Notes: generated from the sequence alone by a model not told the origin. Shown: positions 42,447 through 55,818, numbered from the stretch's first letter. The stretch is 64,000 nt of DNA from Eledone cirrhosa (GCA_964016885.1 OZ024743.1:68944001-69008000); one strand, 5' to 3'. Made by a program: numbers and translations.

Positions 42447-42470
42447 TTACTACTACTACTACTATCATCA
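37327..42470 (-). mobile_element. Tx1-type LINE, copy B (diverged subfamily, more decayed, ORF1 incomplete)
   Basis: ORF2 pieces 40958-37570 and ORF1 pieces 42293-40994 homologous to copy A; same AATAAAGAAAAC-(ATT)n 3' end; 5' boundary uncertain. Confidence 0.88.
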
Positions 42471-42844
42471 CCGATCTCGAGGTTACACTAATTTGTCTCA
42501 TTGCTATTTTTGTGCAACGAATGTTGACTTATAAAATTGTTTGTCTGCATAAAAGAAATTGTGGAGCTGAGCAAGAAGAGAAAAGAACTCGGTTTTTCGA
42601 AGTCTATTTTTTTTCTTTTTCAGTTCCTTACTATGGCCGAACACCGTAGAGCTTTTCTAGTTTAAATATATATTGACCTTTTCTTTTTTAAATAGCGTCG
42701 AAAATATGACCAGCAAGGAGAGAATAACCAGATAAAATATATGAATAGAAAAATGTTGCTTTGATTATCATATTGATAAAAGTAAGTAGCAATCTCTCCA
42801 CTCTCATAACTTAAATTCACAGCAAAAGCCGTGGTTAAGCCATA

Positions 42845-43030
42845 ATAATTGTTTTTGCTATTGGCACAAGGCCAGCCGTTACTCATTGCATTACTGGTAC
42901 TTTATTTTATCGACCCCGTAAGGATGAAAGGCAAAGTTAACCTCGGCAGGATTTGAACTCGGAGGGGCAAGGGCCGTAACTCTATGCGTCAAAGCATGGC
43001 GTCCGACCCTCTAACGATACTGCCAACCAA
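42845..43030 (-). mobile_element. tRNA-type SINE
   Basis: TTTATCGACCCCGTAAGGATGAAAGGCAAAGTTAACCTCGGCAGGATTTGAACTC on + strand. Confidence 0.8.
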
Positions 43031-43494
43031 TGACAATAACACTACAGCACGTCTAACAGAAGTGAGACACTGCAGCGTCTGATTAAATATCATGTTTGTT
43101 CAAGTTCATTGGGATCTTTGTTCAAATCACGTCGTGGTCAAATTTCTCTTTCATTTCTTGAGGTCGATAAATAAAGTGCCAATCCAGTACTGGGGGTCAA
43201 TTATTTCGCTTGAATAAATCGACTGTCTACCGATCTAGAGGGTAATGGGCTCCGCCGTACTTAAGATTTCCGAAACACGTCGTGTGTCAGAACAACTCCT
43301 CTACGACACCAACAAGGTTTACGGTCTTATTTGCCTTCATCTAACAGGAATATCAACAAACATAATACCTATACTAGCTCCGCCATTACTTCCACTAACT
43401 TCCCTTAACAACAATAGTCACACAAAGGAACAGTATAGTAAAATACCTTTTTAACCACTTGCAAACAGCAATAGCAGCAGCAACCCTAGCAGAG

Positions 43495-43715
43495 TAATAA
43501 TGTTTTTTTATTAAGGCACACGGCCAATCATCTTTTGGCGTGGGGAAAAAACGATTAAATCCATCCCAGTACCTTACTATTGCTTAATTTTATCGACCCC
43601 GTAATGATGAACGGCAAAGCTAACCTGGGCGGCACTTGAACTCAGAACGTAAAAGGCTGTATCTTTATGCTGCTAAGCATGTCCGACGCTCTACCGATTT
43701 TGATAAACCACCGCA
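43495..43715 (-). mobile_element. tRNA-type SINE
   Basis: Same central motif and B box. Confidence 0.75.
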
Positions 43716-44529
43716 AATGAAGCAGCATAACAATGACCAACATATACTAATACTGTTGCCACTAACATCTCATATGTTTGCCAGCACCTAACACAGCAAC
43801 ACTAGCTCCAAAATCCAATGTCATACAATTTCCAATGCATTTTTCAAAGTCGCCGGAATTTACCCTTCATAAACACAAGCATTTGAAAGATATTGGAAAG
43901 ATTATAAGGAAAAAATAGAAGGTGGTATATTTGTAAAGTCGGATTAAAAATTCTACAGTGATTGATCCGGCTAATTGCATTCTGCGTCCAAATCCTGCTA
44001 ATGCAAACTTCACCGTTATTCAATTTTAGGTTGATAATTATAGTACAATTTCAGTACTGGGGTCGATTCATTATGTAACTATTATTGTTATCTATGTCAC
44101 TCAATCGTTCTATGGAAGATATCGGTGGTTTTACTCCTTGGCGAAAAATGGTCTCCGTTAGGTTTAAAATCTTCGATCAGTTAAAGACCTTAATGTCAAC
44201 AGCTGAAGCAAATGCCTGCACTGCTGCCAACGCCATAACCATAATAAAATCAACCACCGCTTAAACTAATGCCAAGACACCAGAGAAGATTACCAGCAAA
44301 TGAAATCACACAACAGTGGCCTACTACCCAAAATCCAATAATAATTGTTTCTCCTTTTGGCACAACGCTAGCAATTATCCCAGTTTATTACTAGTACTTC
44401 CAATAATAATAAGCAGAAACGCTACACATGCAGACACGAACAACACTCATTTCGGATTTCTCCTCAAAACAAGCCAAGGAAATGTTTAAGGAGAACATAG
44501 ATGAGAAGTCAAAACCATGTCAAACTATT

Positions 44530-47500
44530 TCCAGGAATAGAGAGATACGGATAACTAACTAGGCCAAACCATATCCAGGAAGAGGGAGAGACGGATAACT
44601 AACCAGGCCAAACCATATCCAGGAAGAGGGAGAGACGGATAACTAACCAGGCCAAACCATATCCAGGAAGAGGGAGAGACGGATAACTAACCAGGCCAAA
44701 CCATATCCAGGAAGAGAGAGAGACGGATAACTAACCAGGCCAAACCATATCCAGGAAGAGGGAGAGACGGATAACTAACCAGGCCAAACCATATCCAGGA
44801 AGAGGTAGAGACGGATAACTAACCAGGCCAAACCATATCCAGGAAGAGAAAGAGACAGCTCACTAACCAGGCCAAACCATCTCCAGGAAGAGAGAGAGAC
44901 GGATAACTAACCAGGCCAAACCATCTCCAGGAAGAGGGAGTGACGGATAACTAACCAGGCCAAACCATCTCCAGGAAGAGAGAGAGAGACGGATAACTAA
45001 CCAGGCCAAACCATCTCCAGGAAGAGAGAGAGAGACGGATAACTAACCAGGCCAAACCATATCCAGGAAGAGGGAGAGACGGATAACTAACCAGGCCAAA
45101 CCCTCTCCAGGAAGAGAGAGAGACGGATAACTAACCAGGCCAAACCATATCCAGGAAGAGGGAGAGACGGATAACTAACCAGGCCAAACCATATCCAGGA
45201 AGAGAGAGAGATGGATAACTAACCAGGCCAAACCATATCCAGGAAGAGGGAGAGACAGATAACTAACCAGGCGAAACCATATCCAGGAAGAGGGAGAGAC
45301 GGATAACTAACCAGGCCAAACCATATCCAGGAAGAGGGAGAGACGGATAACTAACCAGGCCAAACCATATCCAGGAAGAGAGAGTGATGGATAACTAACC
45401 AGGCCAAACCATCTCCAGGAAGAGGGAGTGACGGATAACTAACCAGGCCAAACCATCTCCAGGAAGAGAGAGACGGATAACTAACCAGGCCAAACCATCT
45501 CCAGGAAGAGAGAGAGACGGATAACTAACCAGGCCAAACCATATCCGGGAAGAGGGAGAGACGGATAACTAACCAGGCCAAACCCTCTCCAGGAAGAGAG
45601 AGAGACGGATAACTAAACAGGCCAAACCATATCCAGGAAGAGGGAGAGACGTATAACTAACCAGGCCAAACCATATCCAGGAAGAGAGAGAGACGGATAA
45701 CTAACCAGGCCAAACCATATCCAGGAAGAGAGAGAGACGGATAACTAACCAGGCCAAACCATATCCAGGAAGAGGGAGAGACGGATAACTAACCAGGCCA
45801 AACCATATCCAGGAAGAGGTAGAGACGGATAACTAACCAGGCCAAACCATATCCAGGAAGAGAAAGAGACAGTTCACTAACCAGGCCAAACCATCTCCAG
45901 GAAGAGAGAGAGACGGATAACTAACCAGGCCAAACCATCTCCAGGAAGAGGGAGTGACGGATAACTAACCAGGCCAAACCATATCCAGGAAGAGATAGAG
46001 AGACGGATAACTAACCAGGCCAAACCATCTCCAGGAAGAGAGAGAGAGACGGATAACTAACCAGGCCAAACCATATCCAGGAAGAGGGAGAGACGGATAA
46101 CTAACCAGGCCAAACCCTCTCCAGGAAGGGAGAGAGACGGATAACTAACCGGGCCAAACCATATCCAGGAAGAGGGAGAGACGGATAACTAACCAGGCCA
46201 AACCATATCCAGGAAGAGAGAGAGACGGATAACTAACCAGGCCAAACCATATCCAGGAAGAGGGAGAGACGGATAACTAACCAGGCCAAACCATATCCAG
46301 GAAGAGAGAGAGATGGATAACTAACCAGGCCAAACCATATCCAGGAAGAGGGAGAGACAGATAACTAACCAGGCGAAACCATATCCAGGAAGAGGGAGAG
46401 ACGGATAACTAACCAGGGCAAACCATATCCAGGAAGAGGGTGAGACGGATAACTAACCAGGCCAAACCATATCCAGGAAGAGAGAGTGATGGATAACTAA
46501 CCAGGCCAAACCATCTCCAGGAAGAGGGAGTGACGGTTAACTAACCAGGCCAAACCATATCCAGGAAGAGGGAGAGACGGATAACTAACCAGGCCAAACC
46601 ATATCCAGGAAGAGAGAGAGACGGATAACTAACCAGGCCAAACCATATCCAGGAAGAGGGAGAGACGGATAACTAACCAGGCCAAACCATATCCAGGAAG
46701 AGGTAGAGACGGATAACTAACCAGGCCAAACCATATCCAGGAAGAGAAAGAGACAGCTCACTAACCAGGCCAAACCATCTCCAGGAAGAGAGAGAGACGG
46801 ATAACTAACCAGGCCAAACCATCTCCAGGAAGAGGGAGTGACGGATAACTAACCAGGCCAAACCATCTCCAGGAAGAGAGAGAGAGACGGATAACTAACC
46901 AGGCCAAACCATCTCCAGGAAGAGAGAGAGAGACGGATAACTAACCAGGCCAAACCATCTCCAGGAAGAGGGAGAGACGGATAACTAACCAGGCCAAACC
47001 CTCTCCAGGAAGAGAGAGAGACGGATAACTAACCAGGCCAAACCATATCCAGGAAGAGGGAGAGACGGATAACTAACCAGGCCAAACCATATCCAGGAAG
47101 AGAGAGAGATGGATAACTAACCAGGCCAAACCATATCCAGGAAGAGGGAGAGACAGATAACTAACCAGGCGAAACCATATCCAGGAAGAGGGAGAGACGG
47201 ATAACTAACCAGGCCAAACCATATCCAGGAAGAGGGAGAGACGGATAACTAACCAGGCCAAACCATATCCAGGAAGAGAGAGTGATGGATAACTAACCAG
47301 GCCAAACCATCTCCAGGAAGAGGGAGTGACGGATAACTAACCAGGCCAAACCATCTCCAGGAAGAGAGAGACGGATAACTAACCAGGCCAAACCATCTCC
47401 AGGAAGAGAGAGAGACGGATAACTAACCAGGCCAAACCATATCCGGGAAGAGGGAGAGACGGATAACTAACCAGGCCAAACCCTCTCCAGGAAGAGAGAG

Positions 47501-49145
47501 AGACGGATAACTAAACAGGCCAAACCATATCCAGGAAGAGGGAGAGACGTATAACTAACCAGGCCAAACCATATCCAGGAAGAGAGAGAGACGGATAACT
47601 AACCAGGCCAAACCATATCCAGGAAGAGAGAGAGACGGATAACTAACCAGGCCAAACCATATCCAGGAAGAGGGAGAGACGGATAACTAACCAGGCCAAA
47701 CCATATCCAGGAAGAGGTAGAGACGGATAACTAACCAGGCCAAACCATATCCAGGAAGAGAAAGAGACAGTTCACTAACCAGGCCAAACCATCTCCAGGA
47801 AGAGAGAGAGACGGATAACTAACCAGGCCAAACCATCTCCAGGAAGAGGGAGTGACGGATAACTAACCAGGCCAAACCATCTCCAGGAAGAGAGAGAGAG
47901 ACGGATAACTAACCAGGCCAAACCATCTCCAGGAAGAGAGAGAGAGACGGATAACTAACCAGGCCAAACCATATCCAGGAAGAGGGAGAGACGGATAACT
48001 AACCAGGCCAAACCCTCTCCAGGAAGGGAGAGAGACGGATAACTAACCGGGCCAAACCATATCCAGGAAGAGGGAGAGACGGATAACTAACCAGGCCAAA
48101 CCATATCCAGGAAGAGAGAGAGACGGATAACTAACCAGGCCAAACCATATCCAGGAAGAGGGAGAGACGGATAACTAACCAGGCCAAACCATATCCAGGA
48201 AGAGAGAGAGATGGATAACTAACCAGGCCAAACCATATCCAGGAAGAGGGAGAGACAGATAACTAACCAGGCGAAACCATATCCAGGAAGAGGGAGAGAC
48301 GGATAACTAACCAGGGCAAACCATATCCAGGAAGAGGGTGAGACGGATAACTAACCAGGCCAAACCATATCCAGGAAGAGAGAGTGATGGATAACTAACC
48401 AGGCCAAACCATCTCCAGGAAGAGGGAGTGACGGTTAACTAACCAGGCCAAACCATCTCCAGGAAGAGAGAGACGGATAACTAACCAGGCCAAACCATCT
48501 CCAGGAAGAGAGAGAGACGGATAACTAACCAGGCCAAACCATATCCAGGAAGAGGGAGAGACGGATAACTAACCAGGCCAAACCCTCTCCAGGAAGCGAG
48601 AGAGACGGATAACTAAACAGGCCAAACCATATCCAGGAAGAGGGAGAGACGTATAACTAACCAGGCCAAACCATATCCAGGAAGAGAGAGAGACGGATAA
48701 CTAACCAGGCCAAACCATATCCAGGAAGAGGGAGAGACGTATAACTAACCAGGCCAAACCATATCCAGGAAGAGAGAGAGATGGATAACTAACCAGGCCA
48801 AACCATATCCAGGAAGAGGGAGAGACAGATAACTAACCAGGCCAAACCATATCCAGGAAGAGGGAGAGAGGGATAACTAACGAGGCCAAACCATATCCAG
48901 GAAGAGGGAGAGACGGATAACTAACCAGGCCAAACCATATCCAGGAAGAGAGAGAGATGGATAACTAACCAGGCCAAACCATATCCAGGAAAAGGGAGAG
49001 ACGGATAACTAACCAGGCCAAACCATATCCAGGAAGAGGGAGAGACAGATAACTAACCAGGCCAAACCATATCCAGGAAGAGGGAGAGACGGATAACTAA
49101 CCATGTCAAACCATATCCAGGAAGAGGGAAAGACGGATAAAGAAC
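44530..49145. repeat. 44-bp satellite (~105 units) with ~1898-bp higher-order repeat
   Basis: Unit CCAGGAAGAGGGAGAGACGGATAACTAACCAGGCCAAACCATAT; diagnostic variants recur at +1898. Confidence 0.97.
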
Positions 49146-51093
49146 CATATGTCGACCATATTCATTTCAGTGGTATTTATAAATACAAATTTCAATGGCA
49201 CTAATTTTATTTTCCAAAGTTGCCATTTCCATTTGACAAGCTGTTACCTTTCCCTAATCTTCTTTTCTGAAACAAATACTGTTGAATATCAAGTCACATA
49301 AGTAGAATATGATGCCTTTTCAATACTTTCCTAAATACACGAACGTTCGTCTTTTATCCTCATGTGTTTAACTTTCAAGTTTAATAATACAAATTTGTAT
49401 GATCTGCATTCTACTTTATTGCAACTATCCTAATGACTGTTGTTCCGTTGCTTTTAAATTTCAAATGAATTTCTGGACTTTTAAGAATTCATTCGACGTT
49501 GTCTGTCCTAATGATTCGTTCATTTCGATTTTAAGTTACAAACTATTTATCTTTATTCTATCTCAATTTATTCACATCTACGATAATATTCAATCTTGAT
49601 ACATATACGAAATTTTGCGTCCTTACTTATTTTGTTATCCCCTACTTCATCAAATTGTGATCTTGTGTCAGGTCAAGCTATAGAATTGTAAATTGCCTCA
49701 AGTGGAATATTAAGGAAGCCCTAAGAAAAATTGCAATATAGTTGTAGTTTCTAAAGCAATCGCAACAATTCATTGTATTGATTTGGTGCAGCTAATAAAG
49801 GTGTTGCTACGTGCTTCTTCGACATGCTAAAATAACAATGTCTTCTCAGAAAAGAAGGAAAATTTAGATAATGGTGTTTATACGTACCTTGTGTCACATT
49901 AAGAAAATAAGTTCTGCAGCTAAAATGAGGTGTCAAGGGTCAGTATGCCTGAGCTTGGCAGTGGAGTGTGCACATGCTGGCCTAAACAATTGCTCAAATA
50001 GGTTGTGATTATTACCTATGTCGGGCAAACACCCTCCCATGCAGCCCCATCACAGCACTGGCACCATAACTGATGCAATGAATGGCTTGCACTATTCTAA
50101 CATTTATACATATACTTGAGGCTGGGTACTGCTCGTGAAACTAATCGCCCGAAGAAACTCCATTGAAATGAACTTACACCGAGAATTATTTCGAGGGAGA
50201 CGGCTAATCCTACCCAGTTTGGACGCCGCCACAAATACAAATAAGTAAGCTAAAATGAATGACCATAGGTCTTGTGGATAGCAGCAAGCCTATGGTGGAA
50301 TAGACATGCCAATACAACCTTAGAGTTATCTGGGGTATTTGACCTAATATTAACATGCGAGTTTCTTTTATTTTGCCTCCTTCGTCCCTTGCCAGGTCCC
50401 AGCAAAATCCTTCTAAATCATGGCCTTTCTTCACAGAATAAAACATAAAAAAATAAACTTAAGATTTTGAAGTGCCACACTGGATATATTGATAAGACTG
50501 ATATACCAGAGTATGTGTCTTTATAAGACATATGTTCAACAGCGGATATACTCATTGCAATGATGTAAGCATGAGTATATTTAGGACCCTGATGTATTTG
50601 AGTGTATATATCTGTAGACACTGTGTATATATCTGCAGGAACGGTGTATTATATTGCGTATATATTCATGTCTATGTTGTATTACAATGTATATATTTAT
50701 ATTAACGTATATATATTTATGGCAATATATTAGTGTATATATTCATGAGAACGATGTAGTACAATGTATATACTTATATTAGAGTAATATATTAGTCTAT
50801 ATATTTATGAGAATGATGTAGTACAATGTATATATTTAAAGAAATGATGTAAATGTATCTATATGGATGATGTATTAGAGAGTGTAAATTTATAGGAATG
50901 ATATATACGTGTATATAGTTATAGGAATTGGTGTATATATTTAGGAGAACTATGTATTATAATCTATATATTGATGAGAGAAACCTGTCATGAAGGGTGT
51001 TATTTATGACATTGGAGTGTCATGGTGAATATATTTACTAATTTCAGTCGCTAGCCTGAGGCTAGGCTGATGTTACAATTTTGTTTCAATTAC

Positions 51094-51202
51094 CATCGCT
51101 GCCATGCTGCAAACACGGCCATCCTGGGACGGTTACAATAACAGCTAAACAACACCATTGCTGTGAGTGATCCCATACAATACCTCTGATGGCATAACGA
51201 TT
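51094..51202 (-). other. Candidate isolated exon (109 bp)
   Basis: Long (CT)n tract ending CTCTCAG| upstream and G|GTAATT downstream; two frames open; no recognisable homology. Confidence 0.25.
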
Positions 51203-51448
51203 CTGAGAGAGAAAGAGAGAGGGGCTAGGAGAGAGAGAGACAGATAAAGAGAGAATGAAAGAGAGGGGGAACGAGAGACATAGAGTGAAAGAGAGAGAGA
51301 GAGAGAGAGAAATAGAGAGAGAGTGAAATATAGAGAGAGACAAAAAGAGAGACAGAGCGAGCGAGACAGGCCGACAGCCAGGCAGAGAGAGGGAGAGGCG
51401 GAGAGAGAGAGAGTGGCCGACAGTCAGGCAGAGAAAGAGAGATAGAGG

Positions 51449-51485
<37 letters not shown>

Positions 51486-51542
51486 CGAGAGCGAGACAGA
51501 GAGAGAGAGAGAGGAAGAGGGCGGCGAGAGAGAGCGAGAGAG

Positions 51543-51771
51543 ATGAGCAGAATTAAATTTCCCCTCGTAATAAATTCTACTTTATTTATCTACCACAAAC
51601 CGATGAAATGTGAAGTTAACATTGGTTGTATTTTAACTGAGAAGGAAGTAAGCAGTAACACATATCACCTGACATTCCTTCCATACAACCATTGTCAACT
51701 GGTATTTCATAGTTTCGTGGTAAATTAATAGACTAGAATTTTATTACGAGGGGCAATTATTTTGGCTCATA
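51543..51771. repeat. Diverged inverted repeat, ~88-bp arms
   Basis: CCCCTCGTAATAAA..TGGTTGTAT vs ATACAACCA..TTTATTACGAGGGG. Confidence 0.75.
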
Positions 51772-51870
51772 TTTTTATCTAACTCTCCCACTCTCCCTGC
51801 CAGTATTTCTGTCTCTCTCTCATTCTCTGGCTATCTATTCTCTTTCTTGCTCTTTTTCTTTCCCTCAGAC

Positions 51871-51970
<100 letters not shown>

Positions 51971-52052
51971 CTAAATATACATGTACATATATATATACTA
52001 TATATACATATACATATATATATATGTATATATATGTGTGTTTGTGTGTATG

Positions 52053-52125
<73 letters not shown>

Positions 52126-52153
52126 GTATATATATATATACATATACATATGT

Positions 52154-52492
52154 ATATCACGATAAATTAACGGAGCCATAGACTCTCGTTATTCCCTGTA
52201 AATAATGTGCTCAAAGGAAATGGAATCCTGAGCTCTTTAACATACTATATGTTGAAAGGGTAACACACTAGAGAGAGATAGTGTGCCATCTGGTGGTTTA
52301 CTCTGTTTTATTGATGGCACACTATCTCTCTCTTGTGTGTTACCCTTTCAACATATTGTATTTTAAAGAGCTCAGGATTCCATTTCCTTTGAGCACATTA
52401 TTTACAGAGAATAACGAGAGTCTATGGTTCCGTTAATTTATCGTGATATTTCGCTCCTTTATTTATAATTTATTATAATTTATAATACGTGG
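52154..52492 (+). mobile_element. Fold-back element in (TA)n with ~43-nt tail
   Basis: Arms 52154-52290 / 52313-52449; same family as 57083-57637. Confidence 0.75.
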
Positions 52493-52920
52493 ATATATAT
52501 ATATATGTGTGTGCATGTATGTATGTATATACATACTACTGTACGTCTGTTAGATATATATGTATGTACGGATACATACTAATATTTAAGTATCAGCCAT
52601 ACTAAGAGTGAGAAATGAAATTTCATTTTTTCCATTTATCGTTTTCGGTACGCCCGGCCGTCTAACTCACTCGATATGCAAATCAGGTTACTCAGCCGCT
52701 AATATGCATAAGGAAAGTATATACTTTCAAACGTTCAATCAACTGACAGGAAAGTATACATTGCTGATGACAGCTAATAAGCTAGAAACTACTTCATCGT
52801 TCCTTTGTCAGTGTTGAACAAAATGGCAACGTTGGTTGCTGAACACTGTACGCCTAATAATTGGGGCTGTTTGTTTACAAACAATGCGAGCATTATAATA
52901 AATGTTCGGTAAACCCATAC

Positions 52921-52965
<45 letters not shown>

Positions 52966-53084
52966 CATGTATGTATGTATATACACACTAATGTACGTCT
53001 GTATACATATATGTATGTACGTATACATACTTATATTTAAGTATCAGCCGTACTAAGAGTGAGAAATGAAATTTCATTTTTTCC

Positions 53085-53088
<4 letters not shown>
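52493..53088 (+). mobile_element. ~447-bp HHR family, 1.3 tandem units
   Basis: ~52500-52639 directly repeated at ~52950-53088; ATGCAAAT at 52676; decayed HHR CTGATGA 52764, GAAA 52785. Confidence 0.8.
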
Positions 53089-53142
<54 letters not shown>

Positions 53143-53178
53143 TACACAATTATCAAAGTTATGTTCAAATTATTTAAT

Positions 53179-53225
53179 TGCTGACAATCGTTTCTTCCAA
53201 ACTTTCGTTTGGTATCATCGGAGCA
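53179..53225 (-). ncRNA. Minimal type I hammerhead ribozyme in a short repeat (53138-53335)
   Basis: TGCT-CCGATGA-TACCAAAC(GAAA)GTTTGGAA-GAAA-CGATTG-TC-AGCA. Confidence 0.75.
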
Positions 53226-53389
53226 TTACAATGTTTGTACATATAATTAACCTCCTATTCAACTGAACAATCATATAGATACATATATATTGATCTTTTG
53301 AGCAACAGTTTCGTATTTACAGTGTGTAATGATTGCGACATATATTATACGAGAATTGTATAAAAGTTAAAATTAAAATTAAAAGCACA

Positions 53390-53431
<42 letters not shown>

Positions 53432-53432
<1 letters not shown>

Positions 53433-54550
53433 AGTTATCCCGAGTTCAATCGGGGGTAACCACAGTAGGTAAGAGGTACTCAATACAGTACACAGTATAA
53501 AAGGTTTATTTTGAAAAGGTTCTACAAGACTAGAACCGTTTCATTCGCGAGAAATCATCAGGAATCTCCGGTCTCTCGGCCAAGGAAAATATATTTAGCC
53601 CTTCTGTCTCTTACTCCAACAATGCCCTCACCCGCAGCTGATTTAAAGAAATGATCATTTATCTATCAACCGCCCCAAGACTATCTAGGAGAAATAGGCA
53701 TAGGCAGATTAGTTGCTACAACTCCCCCTTCAATAGAGTGGTTTCGACACCTACAGCTAGGACTTTCGTCAAATTGCTGAACATACACTTGCCCACACAA
53801 CATCGGTACACTATATTTAATAAGAATACAATAAGACTCTCCTACTCCCCTACACCTAATTTAGCTAGGAATATAACTAATCTCAACACTTCAAAATTAA
53901 ATAAGTCTACTACCTCCGAACCCATTTCCCGGACGGGAGCTTTGTGCAACTGCCAAAATAAGGAAGCTTGCGAACTTGAAAACAAATGCCTGACAAATGA
54001 CATCGTATACAAATGTGATGTCAGCTCAGGCATTGATGACAACAACAAAAAGATTTACATCGGTATGATTTCCAACAATTTTAAGACCCGGTGGTATGCC
54101 CATACACACTCTTTCAGAAGACCGGACAAATCAAATCAGACAACACTCGCCTCCTTTGTCTGGGACCTCAAGAGGAACTCCACCCATTTCGCGCTTAAAT
54201 GGAAAATACTCCAGAAAGCGCGCTCATAAAAGGGAGGACACAAGTGCTGCGACCTTTGTATTTCAGAGAGATACGAAATACTATTTGGCAAGGGCCAGAT
54301 ACTGAACAAACTCTCTGAAAACTGCCCGAATTGCATGCACAAAAACTTTGCAACTTTCAAATATCTGAAGCCAGTGTTGATGCCAGATGGCTAAACAAAT
54401 TTCTTTAAAAATAACAACCCACTCGACAAAATATCCCCTTCACCTCCATCCCACCATACACCTACCCGCCTCTTGACCCGTCTCACGGCACTATGGTTAT
54501 GTAAGTACTTCTTACCTATCTGCTTTTTCCACATGTATAACGTACTTCAT
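53432..54550 (+). mobile_element. 5'-truncated Penelope-like element with inverted terminal fragment
   Basis: GIY-YIG ORF remnant on +; HHR-like core on minus strand at ~53515-53565 immediately upstream. Confidence 0.75.
53651..54394 (+). pseudogene. PLE RT-thumb/linker + GIY-YIG endonuclease (Hydra-type CxCx5Cx5C motif), one in-frame stop at 54227
   Basis: YNSPF..IFNKNTIRLSYS..CNCQNKEACELENKC..IVY..IYIG..FKTRW..H..SF; continues in frame KGGHKCCDLCISERYEI..LNK..CMHK. Confidence 0.85.
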
Positions 54551-54696
54551 TGAATGCATGTATATAAGTATGTGTATATATGTATGTGTGTGTGTATTTG
54601 TTTATGTATGTTTATGTATGTGAATATGTATGTTTATACGTATGTATGTGTGTGTATATCTGTATATGTATGTGCGTGTATATGTGTATGTATATG

Positions 54697-54779
<83 letters not shown>

Positions 54780-54788
54780 TTGTGTGTG

Positions 54789-55735
54789 TAATAATAATAA
54801 ATTTGAAGACTAAAATCCAAAGAGGGCTCGATAAGGATAAATATATATCAAATATATAAGAACCGTTGAGCAAATATTTATTAAAATAACAGATTAAAGT
54901 TAAAGCAAAAAATCGCTTTCACCCTTAACGGGATCTTCTGAAACTAAACAAATCAATCTGTAAACGCAGAAGTAAATATTTCGAAAAACGTTGCAACCGA
55001 AGGAAGACAGGATGACGATAGTTTGGTTCGTGGAAACGTTCCCTGGCAAAGAACGGAAACAAACGAAGATAATACGTCATTATTTGGAGCAATGAAAACA
55101 ATTACACCCAAAGACAAAACCGCGTTTATGGTATAACGGTAGTCGTAGACTAAAATTCTATTTAGGAAACCGAATGATTCTCGGCTTCAGAGTTTAGAAT
55201 AATGTAAATAAATTACAGAGGTAATTGAAATCAACAAAAATTAAATATATACATGCATGCATCCATATACGTATATACACATACATACGCGAAAACACCC
55301 GTAATGGGTATGCAAATACAAGCACGTATACAGAAAACACGCACATACATACAGAACGCACGCAACGCCTGTACCCGCACACATACGAACCTATACACCA
55401 GATACACATAAAAATATATATAAACAAATATATATAAATATGTGTGTGTGTGCGTGTATACATATAATTATATAAACGTATATAAATATAAACAAATAAA
55501 TACGTATATAATACGCGCACACACATACCTACATGTAAATACACATATGTTCGCTGAACTAACGTCAACCAAAACACAAAGTACATGTATACACACGTCT
55601 TCCTCTCTTCCTTCGGTTGCAACGTTTTTCGAAATATTTACTGCGTTCACAGATTGATTTTTTTAGTTTCAGAAGATCCCGTTAAGGGTGAAAGCAGCGA
55701 TTCTTTGCTTAAACTTTAATCTGTAATGTTAATAT
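54789..55735. mobile_element. Fold-back element with HHR-like motif in the arms
   Basis: Arms ~54880-55017 / ~55595-55733; left end 54789-54880 also at 57768-57863; arm sequence also at 58960-59270. Confidence 0.65.
55665..55715 (+). ncRNA. Variant type I hammerhead (U4>A)
   Basis: AGTTT-CAGAAGA-TCCC(GTTAA)GGGT-GAAA-GCA(GCGATTCTT)TGC-TT-AAACT. Confidence 0.5.
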
Positions 55736-55818
55736 TATATATATATATATGTATATATATAAATATATATATATATATATGAAATATAAGAATCAAGGAA
55801 CTGTTCAAAACATTATTG

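Noticed and set aside
44530-49145. CRISPR-like array
   Set aside because: No unique spacers, no cas genes, eukaryotic context; it is a plain satellite
54227-54229. Programmed read-through or selenocysteine in the PLE ORF
   Set aside because: The stop is TAA at a position expected to be Tyr in a truncated copy; a point mutation is the simpler explanation
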